A stretch of DNA of 63,792 nucleotides, the filler included, from Chiloscyllium plagiosum (Eukaryota), in assembly GCF_004010195.1 (NCBI RefSeq). It is 6 parts of one record of this genome, joined end to end, with 100 filler letters (N's around TTAATTAATTAA, not from the genome) between each part and the next. Parts side by side here need not be neighbours in the genome. Positions count along the whole stretch, not along the records: positions 1 to 27,712 come from NC_057711.1; positions 27,813 to 34,556 come from NC_057711.1; positions 34,657 to 49,173 come from NC_057711.1; 3 more parts are not named here. One strand, 5' to 3'. The notes under the pieces were generated by a model, which worked only from the letters and a program-made list of their open reading frames with translations, was not told the origin of the DNA and searched no databases. Both the position numbers and the translations under genes were made by a program. Of the stretch, positions 26,996-35,080 are shown piece by piece; position 1 is the stretch's first letter, and every line of letters begins with the position of its first letter.

Positions 26996-27399
26996 GTAGG
27001 GAGGATTCCATCACTTTTGAAAGTTTTATACTGCAAACATATTGGCAATTTTGGATGAAAAGTATGGATGATGCCTTGTATGATTTTGATTTTATCAAAG
27101 GACTTCAGTGAATCCAATGTGCAGCACTAGAGTTTTCCAGTGAACATGTCGGGAAAAGCAATCAAAACATGCAGAACACTGTAATGTAGTGTTGGCTTCA
27201 AAGAGAATGGAGCAATTGGAGGGGTGCAGAATTTTTGCAGCTACAACTGAATACAAGGAGATGAGTACCAATTCAAAGAAAGGGGGCTTGGCCTGCTGAT
27301 TTGAAATGCAAGGCAATGAAAGAGTACCAACATGATACAGCATGCAACAGGACAGCAGCCCCTCTGTGAGGAGGTTGGCAAACTAAACTGTATGAACTA

Positions 27400-27712
27400 T
27401 CCCCACCCCCCAGAACCCTGAGGGGAACACTACCCCTGCTCATGACTCCACCCCCATTCCCCACCACCACCACACCCACTCCATATACAGGTTCCGCCCC
27501 CACTCCCAGCTCCACACCCACACCCTCAGCCTTGCCGAGTTTTCACCATCTCTCCAGACCTCCCCCTCACTGAGGACGAACGACCAGTCCTCAGCAAAGC
27601 TCTTACCTTCATCCCCTTCCGTCCACGCATCAATGAATTTAATACACGCCGTGACGTCGAATACTTCTTCCGTCGCCTCCGCCTCCGAGCTTACTTTCAC
27701 AATCAGGATTCC
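27400..27712 (+). mobile_element. Penelope-like element N-terminal ORF fragment running into a gap
   Basis: PCRVFTISPDLPLTEDERPVLSKALTFIP...FFRRLRLRAYF matches the PLE N-terminal LSKGLxF.P motif. Confidence 0.75.
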
Positions 27713-27812
27713 NNNNNNNNNNNNNNNNNNNNNNNNNNNNNNNNNNNNNNNNNNNNTTAATTAATTAANNNNNNNNNNNNNNNNNNNNNNNNNNNNNNNN
27801 NNNNNNNNNNNN
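27713..27812. other. Assembly gap with artificial all-frame stop linker (also at ~34557-34656, 49174-49273, 54672-54771, 60548-60647)
   Basis: Identical layout each time: N run, TTAATTAATTAA, N run, ~100 nt in total. Confidence 0.95.
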
Positions 27813-28193
27813 GGCTGCGACCATGTCAGTGAGGGCGTTTAGTTTCTGCTCATGATTATAGAGCACATTCTCCAGTCGCTCTGTTACACGGTCTCGGACC
27901 GGGTCCTCATACGCGATATTTCCCCCTAGAACTTTGACAACAGGCGCCTGTATGGTTGGCCCTTCGCAATGCGGTTGGAGCGGACACAGTGGTGCCCTGG
28001 TGTCCGCAAGCGCGGCCGTGGGCGAAGCACCGGGAGCGGTTGATCCTGACTGTGGGCTGGTGTAAGGGGGTGGCGGACTTCCCTCGTGGTTGGCTCCTCG
28101 GGTCGGCATGGCCACAGGAGATGTGTAGGGGGTGGGGGGGTAAATTGGGGTCTGGCTCAGAGACCACTCAGGCTCACATTCTGGGACAGGACC
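27813..28193 (-). CDS. gag: In-frame continuation of the Gag-like frame after TAG (Pro-rich late-domain region), open to the gap
   Basis: Same frame as 28194-29084: GPVPECEPEWSLSQTPIYPPTPYTSPVAMPTRGANHEGSPPPPYTSP...LCPLQ...; contains PPPY. Confidence 0.65.
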
Positions 28194-29084
28194 CTACTCA
28201 CCCAATACTGGTGTGTGAATAGGTGAAATCGGTAAGTGGCTCTGGAAGCGTATCAGAAGCTCCCGCAAGTAAACGTTTTCATCCTCCCTTTTAGTGGAAG
28301 ATTTGGCTAAATTAAAAAACCCTTTCTTGGTATCCCCTTTCCCCCCCCGCAGGTAGGTTTGGACTTTAGCTTGGAAGGCATCAAATTCGCTTGTCGTAAA
28401 GAAGGGTTGGTCATCCTTAGGGAACCAGTTCTTAACCCGCCACAGCTTGAGACTATTATCTAGGTTACGGACCTTTCTTTTAGCTTCCATAGCAGTATTA
28501 TTCTCCCTTAACTGGGCCCTGATCTCCCCCAATATCTCCCCTGTTGGTGGCCGCGAGTTGGGGGTCTTCGGGACTGGGGTGGACTCGTCAGTGTATGCAT
28601 CAACAGGTAAAGTAACAGTCGCGGCTAAAAAGTTTAGCTCCCGGGTAAGACCGTCCGAAACAGTTGGGCCATTAGGGGAACAAACCGGTCCGTATCGCCA
28701 CTGCGGGGTAAAGGTCACAACCATTTTTGTTTTCCATTCCCGGGAGCTATCAGTGCTCGGGGGTGCCCACCCAGCAGGGGGCTTGCCGAGCACAATTGTT
28801 TGGAGAGCCGAATAATGTGGTGACCTGTAGAGACCGTCCAGAATCTTGATCATTAATGTGGGATTTTGAAATATTTCCCTCAATCTTGTCAGGATAATCC
28901 CCTTTTGTTCTGGTGCTTGGGCAATCACCAGGTCCAACTTTTCCTTATGCAGGGCTACGCTATCCAGCAGTAACTGACTGTGAATAGGCATGTCCCCACC
29001 GTCCCTGCAGTGCCACCAGGGCACTCCGGGACGTGCTGTCCTGAGGTGAGTCAACTTAGGTGGTCCGAAATTCAGGTCCCCCAT
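28194..29084 (-). CDS. gag: ERV Gag-like ORF, N-terminal part (296 aa)
   Basis: First long ORF after the leader; strong Kozak context (GACATGG), MG start, in-frame TGA just upstream; LWRVKNWFPKDD segment is MA-like (inference); ends at TAG. Confidence 0.6.
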   Translation of the reverse strand: MGDLNFGPPKLTHLRTARPGVPWWHCRDGGDMPIHSQLLLDSVALHKEKLDLVIAQAPEQKGIILTRLREIFQNPTLMIKILDGLYRSPHYSALQTIVLGKPPAGWAPPSTDSSREWKTKMVVTFTPQWRYGPVCSPNGPTVSDGLTRELNFLAATVTLPVDAYTDESTPVPKTPNSRPPTGEILGEIRAQLRENNTAMEAKRKVRNLDNSLKLWRVKNWFPKDDQPFFTTSEFDAFQAKVQTYLRGGKGDTKKGFFNLAKSSTKREDENVYLRELLIRFQSHLPISPIHTPVLGE

Positions 29085-29389
29085 GTCGGATCTCCCCTGA
29101 AGGGAACCGCTTCAAGAACAGTACGTCTTTCAAAGCCTGACCGTCGCGTGGCAGACCTCTGCTCTTAACAACCGGTCTAAGGCAGACGTCTGTACGGTTA
29201 AACCCTCTTCAGGAGAAGAGCTCCGACCTCTGTCACCCCGGGTATGTTCGGTGGTCACAACAAATATACAAACCAAAGATCCGTCAGGTTTAAGTGCTCA
29301 GTAACATGGATCCAGGAAGTCGAATATGGTCAGCGCTCAGGTAGGTAACGTCAGGTAATCGTCCGGCAGAACAATCTGCAAAATCGGGC

Positions 29390-29651
29390 AAAACAGATAT
29401 GCGCTCCGGCTCCGAAAGCTGCGCTAGGGACTCAGGTAAAAACAGATATGCGCTCCGGCTCCGAAAGCTGCGCTAGGGATTCAGGTAAAAAAACAGATAT
29501 GCGCTCCGGCTCCGAAAGCTGCGCTAGGGACTCAGGTAAAATCAGATATGCGCTCCGGCTCCGAAAGCTGCGCTAGGGACTCAGGTAAAAACAGATATGC
29601 GCTCCGGCTCCGAAAGCTGCGCTAGGGATTCAGGTAAAAAACAGTTATGCG
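29390..29651. repeat. Leader tandem array: five 49-51-bp units plus a partial sixth
   Basis: Unit CAGATATGCGCTCCGGCTCCGAAAGCTGCGCTAGGGA(C/T)TCAGGTA(n) starts at 29394, 29443, 29494, 29543, 29592 and partially at 29642. Confidence 0.95.
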
Positions 29652-29694
29652 TTAGTGAAACAAACACTCTAGGTAAGTTAAAAGGTTAGTAAAA

Positions 29695-29703
29695 GCTTAC
29701 CAG
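29695..29703 (-). promoter_or_regulatory. Putative retroviral major splice donor
   Basis: CTG|GTAAGC about 210 nt downstream of the PBS and upstream of gag. Confidence 0.6.
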
Positions 29704-29911
29704 TCAGGACTCTGCGATGCTGCTGTCAAATTGATCAGGTGTTTTGGGTTGGTGAGGGTCGGAGAGCAGACAAGAAACTAACTGAGAGAAAATCTAACTA
29801 CTGGAAGCCTTAGATTTAACAGGCGCTTCCTCACCTTTAGAAAACTTCGGCCGAAAGTTGTCTGCTCCCTGATCCGCCAACGTTGCCAACTCGCCGTTGT
29901 CTCTTTTCCTT

Positions 29912-29929
29912 CCCGCGTCGGGGTCACCA
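29912..29929 (-). promoter_or_regulatory. Primer-binding site, tRNA-Trp type
   Basis: TGGTGACCCCGACGcggg lies two nt after the LTR CA. The first 14 nt are identical to the ASLV tRNA-Trp PBS TGGTGACCCCGACGTGAT. Confidence 0.85.
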
Positions 29930-29931
29930 AA

Positions 29932-30552
29932 TGTTAAGACGGACCCGCGGGGTCCCGTCTTTGTGTGTTCTTTTGGAAGGAGAGACTCACACTGGCAACT
30001 ATGATTAGACGCAGACAGCCGTTTATTCCCTGGTACAACGAATCTACAAGCATGCATTCGTTGGAGAAGGCGTTCTCCCTTCTCGTTCAAACTTGACACA
30101 ATTATACTTCGCGCTGCCTGGAGTCCCCGGTCAGTTCGCCTTCCCCATTGGTCCATTCATCTGCGCGCGCTGGGGATCCGTCCTCCTATTGGCCGCATCG
30201 AAGTGCCTGTCCAGCTCCTGCTGTGCTTAACAATGGCTCAGCCATCCCCGGGAGCGGTTCCAATCCCGTATTCAATAGTTCATTGTTTCAAGGAATTACT
30301 ATGCGTCTGACAGGCTAGCCATTTTCAATAGTTTCAGTTTAACTAAATTGACAATTACACTTACCAACTTTAGACTTAAATAGAGCCATTCACACTCAAT
30401 AGTTACAGGTTCCGATAGAGCAATTCACACTTGTCTAACAGTTACAGATTCCGATCGGTTTCTTTATTAATCCCGAGTTTCGATGGGGCAATTGATACTG
30501 GCTGGTATTTACAGGCTCCAAGATTTAATTAACATTATGCATATCCCTTACA
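29932..30552 (-). promoter_or_regulatory. 5' LTR (~620 bp)
   Basis: On -, starts TGTAAGGG (30552; start less certain) and ends GTCTTAACA (29932). CCAAT at 30188-30192 and 30147-30151, TATAA at 30102-30106, AATAAA at 30022-30027, U3 direct repeats at ~30388-30456, U5 hairpin at 29937-29960. Confidence 0.8.
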
Positions 30553-30800
30553 AGCTCCAGCAGTCATGCAGTCGCCTGCAGCAGCTCGCTTGGCTGTTGT
30601 TAACCATTTCAGGGCTGGAAGTGTCACCCTCCCTAGCCCTACATTAAACACCCCAGTGAAATCTCCCCAACACCTTGATGGGGGTAGAGGGGGAAATGAT
30701 TTAAAGTATGGGGCAGGAGGTTAAGAGGGGATGTGAGAAAGGAAAATTAACTCAGCGTATGGTGGGAATCTGGAACTCATTGTCTGTAAGGATGGTAGAG

Positions 30801-30948
30801 CTGAAAAATGTGTTGCTGGAAAAGGGCAGCACGTCAGGCAGCATCCAAGGAGCAGGAGAATCGATGTTTCGGGCATAAGCCCTTCTTCAGGATTCCAGCA
30901 ACACATTTTTCAGCTCTGATCTCCAGCATCTGCAGTCCTCACTTTCTC
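30801..30948. mobile_element. 148-bp Penelope-LTR-derived insertion with internal inversion and 17-bp TSD
   Basis: CTGTAAGGATGGTAGAG at 30784-30800 and 30949-30965; inserted in a CR1 3' remnant (30740-31140). Confidence 0.85.
30858..30895 (-). ncRNA. Minimal type I hammerhead ribozyme motif
   Basis: GAAUC-CUGAAGA-A-GGGC-UUAU-GCCC-GAAA-CAUC-GAUUC: intact core boxes, 4-bp stem II, perfect 5-bp stem I, reduced stem III. Confidence 0.75.
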
Positions 30949-31716
30949 CTGTAAGGATGGTAGAGGCAAACACCCTCATTCATTTAAGAGGTATTAGATG
31001 TGCATTTGCAATTCCAAGGCGACGAGGCTATGAGCCAACTGCTGGACACAGGGATTAAAATGGTTAGCTGCTGTTTTTGACCTGCACAGATTCAATCGGC
31101 CAAAGAGCCTTTTTCAGGTTTTAGGCCACTGTGACTCTGTGTCCCCATGAGGCAATGCCAGCCTGCTGGTTACCAATGGTGGTAGGGGGGTGGGTGCCAT
31201 ATGGTAAAGTAGGAAGCTGGATATTAAAGAGCTGTGTTGGACTGATAATAAGGCATTTAACATGTTATAGTCCCCTATATTAGGTTACAGCAGTCTCAAC
31301 CTTCTGAAGGCATGCCCAGCACTTCCAGGAGGAGGAAAGTTAATGTCATTCACCACTCCGCCATCATAGGCACCACCAACCTCTCTCTGATACTTCACAC
31401 TCACTCTTTCTCTGTTCTTCCCTGAGATATTGGGGCCTGGTGACCAGCACCGTTGGAGCAAGCATCGACCTGAAATCACCAGGTACCTCCTCTGGTTTCC
31501 ATGCCAAGGTTTCTTGATGCCCTGCTTGTTCCGCACATTTGGCAAAATGGAAAGCTGCCCTCTCCTTCAGAAAATAACAAAGGTACATCACACAGTTCAG
31601 GAGCTTCTAATTTTATAATGCCACAATAATCAGAAAAATAAATTATAAGACAGAATCTTATAGGGGCCTGAGTGATGTGGCTATGGTGAGATTTCTGGCA
31701 GAACTAGACAAGATCT

Positions 31717-31826
31717 ATCCTGATGAAGGGCTTTTGCCCGAAATGTTGATTCGCCTGACCTACTGTGCTTTTCCAGCACTGCACTCTCGACTCTAATCTC
31801 CGGCGTCTGCAGTCCTCATCTTTGCC
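31717..31826 (+). mobile_element. Short Penelope-LTR copy with a hammerhead motif (31717-31750)
   Basis: ATC-CTGATGA-AGGGCTTTTGCCC-GAAA-TGTT-GAT followed by the family 3' sequence ...ctgcagtcctcatctttgcc. Confidence 0.75.
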
Positions 31827-32039
31827 AAGGTGTTTGGCAAGCTCTAGCTCAATATCAGGAGCATCTCAAACACCAATGTTTATGCTTTTGACAGGTTGTG
31901 TGACGTATTTCTCACTCCCAATAATGAGCTACCAATTATAGGATAACAAAGCTTGTCAAATGCCTTATTAATAGCCCAACACACCTTTAATATTCAGTGT
32001 TCCATTTTATCAAATGTACTGAACATTGACAAATCTAGT

Positions 32040-32355
32040 AGTAGGATGCCGGCAGTGGAGAAGTAGGCCATTCAGCTCATCAAGTCCACATCGACCCTTT
32101 GTAGGTCATATCACCCAGACCTACTTTATCCCTACATTTCCCATGGCTACCTCACTTTGCCTGCACACCCCTAGACACTATGGACAACTTAGCATGGCCA
32201 ATCCACATAACCTGCATATCTTTGGACTGTAGGGGGAAACCAAACAGACATGGGGAAAATGTGCAAACTCCACACAGACAGTTGTCTGACGGTGAAATCG
32301 AACCCAGGTCCTTGGTATTGTGAGGCAGCAGTGCTAATCACTGAGCCACTGTGCT
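32040..32355 (-). mobile_element. HE1/V-type SINE
   Basis: A/B-box head and V domain as in the other copies. Confidence 0.7.
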
Positions 32356-33249
32356 GTTTGGTTAGAGATGGAAGTCAGGATGGGTTCTTCAGCTTGACGC
32401 TTGCTCCAGAGCATCTCCATGTTGGACACCGGGTACCAAAGTGTCAGGGCACTCTCCATGGGCACCTATTGCATGCACTCCATGTCGAGTGACATTGGCA
32501 TCCAACATGTGCCAGCCTCTAACTACCCTCATGGCTCATGTTTGATCCACTCACTGAACACAAAACACTAATTTTGCAACAACTGACTGCTGAATGGATC
32601 AAGGAGTTGTAAGAAAAGAAAAAGCAGGTTATGTTTTGGTTGTCATATTTTCATCTTAGTTCCATGGAAAATTTTGAGTTTAAATGATTGCATTCATGGG
32701 TATTGTGCTAAGTGCTAAGCACTTGCAATTTGTGGCCCAAGGGGCAGAAATTGCACTAACAATTGTTGATTTGCAAGATGTGAGACTAGTAAAGGAGTTA
32801 ACTCCATCTATTGGCTTAAGACTTAATTCATAACATGGAACTGGATATTGAAAACAATGGATTGAGAACTATGTTTAGAGATATGTATCGGGAAGTTAAT
32901 AGCCTAGGTTTAATTCAGCCAGAACCAGAATAGAGGGAAGCATTAATGATGAACCAAACTCAAAGGAATGGGTGCAGGTATATCCTCTTCAAACAAGTTG
33001 TAAAGATTTCTCATGGGCCTTTATGACATTGGTGCTTCCACACATGTAGCACCATTAGTTACACAACCCTGTACTGTTTACAATGATTAAAGAAGGCGAT
33101 TAAGTTGTGTATCATGACCATGACTGTGTGGTTCCAAAAGGAACTAAATTGGAGGGGTACAGTTGTGCAAGGTGTAATTGTTTACCCTCAAAGGCTGCAT
33201 TATGTGCCTGAGGCAATGTGTAAGTTTTACACAACTAAACTCTTACACA

Positions 33250-33505
33250 TGATCACACTCACACAGACCCTGTCTCATTCACACGTGCTCTCTCAGATAC
33301 ACACACGCACATTCAAACCCTCTCACAGGCATATATTCTGTCACACTCCCATGTGTGGACACACTCACACACACTTTCCCTCTCTCTCTCTTTCTCTCAC
33401 ACATGTATACACATTCTCACTCTCTCTCTCTCTCTCTTTCTCTCTCACTTGCTCTCTCTATCCCTTACTCTCTCTCTCTCCCTCACACGCGTGCACACAC
33501 ACATA
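33250..33505. repeat. (CA)n/(CT)n degenerate microsatellite region
   Basis: Runs of cacacaca and ctctctct; source of low-complexity pseudo-ORFs. Confidence 0.9.
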
Positions 33506-33624
33506 AGTCTATGGGTGAATTTGCATTTGCAGATTTGCATTTGCTGATACATTTTATTTTGTTCAAAAAGCACACAATCTGTAGGCAGATTTTATAACTT
33601 CCTACTTTGGAAATAAAACTGGTC

Positions 33625-34075
33625 TGATGTGAATTATAAGGAGAAGCTGAATAGGCTGAGGCTGTTTCCCTGGAGTGTTGGAGGTTGAGGGGTGACCTTA
33701 TAGAGATTTGTAAAATCATGAGGGGCATGGATAGGGTAAATAGACAAGGTCTTTTTCCTGGGGTGGGGGAGTCCAGAACGAGAGGAGATATGTTTATGGT
33801 GAGAGGGAAAAAATTTAAAAGGGTCCTAAGGCGCAACTTTTTCATGCAGAGGATGGTACGTGTATGTTATGAGCTGCCAGAGACGTTGGTGGAGGCTGGT
33901 ATAATTACAGCATTTAGAAGACATCTGGATGGACACATGAATAGGGAGGATTTAGAGGAATATGGGCCAAGCATTGGCAAATGGGACCAGATTAGGTTGG
34001 AATATCTGATCGGCATGGACGGGTTGGACCAAAGGGTCTGTTTCCATGATGTACATCTCTATGACTTTATGACTC
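33625..34075 (+). mobile_element. HER1/CR1 3' end
   Basis: LRGDLIE..KIMRGMDRV...FRRHLDG, followed by a ctctatgac tail. Confidence 0.9.
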
Positions 34076-34324
34076 AAGATTGGAATACAGATAGATTCTA
34101 ACCTCACACCTTTAAAGCATTGTTTGAGCTGAGATGTCACCTTTTCTTATAAAACCTTACGTTATCTTGGGAATATGACTTGAAAGACATTCTGGGCTTT
34201 ACATATTAATGAATCAAAAGCTGCAACCCATTCTAAATGATTAAGACTTAACAGCAATCTAGGTTTGTTCAATACATGGCATCAGTTGTATGACACTTTG
34301 ATCTTTTACGATAAATTCTGTGTC

Positions 34325-34945
34325 CCACAGTCAGGGCAGGCAGGGACAAGGGAGGACTGATAAATTAAACTGCATTTATTTCAATACAAGAGGCTTAACA
34401 GGGAAGGCAGATGAACTCAGGGCATGGTTACGGACATGGGACTGGGATATCATAGCAATTACACAAACATGGCTCAGGGATGGGCAGGACTGGCAGCTTA
34501 ATGTTCCAGGATACAAATGCTACAGGAAGGATAGAAAGGAAGGATAGAAAGGGAGGNNNNNNNNNNNNNNNNNNNNNNNNNNNNNNNNNNNNNNNNNNNN
34601 TTAATTAATTAANNNNNNNNNNNNNNNNNNNNNNNNNNNNNNNNNNNNNNNNNNNNCATAGGTTTGGGGTGAGAGGGGAAACGTATAAAAAGATCTAAGG
34701 GCAACATTTTCACACAGAGGGTGGTATGTATATGAAATGAGCTGCCAGAGGAAGTGGTGGACGCTGGTACAATTGCAACATTTAAGAGGCATTTGGATGG
34801 ATATATGAATAGGAAGGGTTTGGCGGGATATGGGCCGGTGCTGGCAGGTGGGACTAGATTGGGTTGGGATATCTGGTTGGCATGGACAGGTTCGATCGAA
34901 GGTCTGTTTCCATGCTGTACATCTCTATGACTCTATGACTCTATG
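34325..34945 (+). mobile_element. HER1/CR1 pieces: endonuclease start before the gap, 3' end after it
   Basis: LNCIYFNTRGLTGKADELRAW...IAITQTWL (APE domain); (CTCTATGA)3 tail at 34923-34946. Confidence 0.85.
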
Positions 34946-34954
34946 ATCCTGCCC

Positions 34955-35080
34955 CACTAGCTACCTGTCGAAAGAGCGGTGCTCCGAAAGCTGGTGCTTC
35001 CAAATAAACCAGTTGGACTGTTGGTGTTGTGTGATTTTTAACTTTGTCCACCCCAGTCCAACACCAGCAAGTCCACATCA
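34955..35080 (+). mobile_element. Second Penelope-LTR family end with a decayed hammerhead
   Basis: CTGtcGA-aagagc-ggt-gctcc-GAAAGCT; a related copy lies on - at ~61995-62065. Confidence 0.55.

Larger units (their letters stand above)
27813..30552 (-). mobile_element. Endogenous retrovirus 5' portion (LTR-PBS-leader-gag), truncated by an assembly gap
   Basis: LTR TG...CA, CCAAT/TATA/AATAAA in order, TT spacer, tRNA-Trp PBS, splice donor, Gag-like frame with PPPPY; CpG-rich relative to flanks. Confidence 0.85.

Noticed and set aside
26996..27111. ORF tails beyond splice donors (also 8180-8191, 19301-19320) and ORF starts before acceptors
   Set aside because: Intronic read-through of exon frames; not protein sequence.
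27757..27768. TTAATTAATTAA palindrome recurring five times
   Set aside because: Always embedded in 100-nt N gaps; an artificial stop-linker.
29390..29651. Leader array as a CRISPR array or hammerhead multimer
   Set aside because: No unique spacers or cas genes. It shares GCTCCGAAAGCT with one PLE hammerhead family but has no CUGAnGA box on either strand.
29794..30156. 120-aa ORF spanning the LTR and PBS
   Set aside because: Starts upstream of the TATA box and overlaps cis-signals; likely a chance ORF in GC-rich DNA.
33105..33597. Ser/Leu/His/Thr-rich ORFs
   Set aside because: Translations of CA/CT microsatellites.
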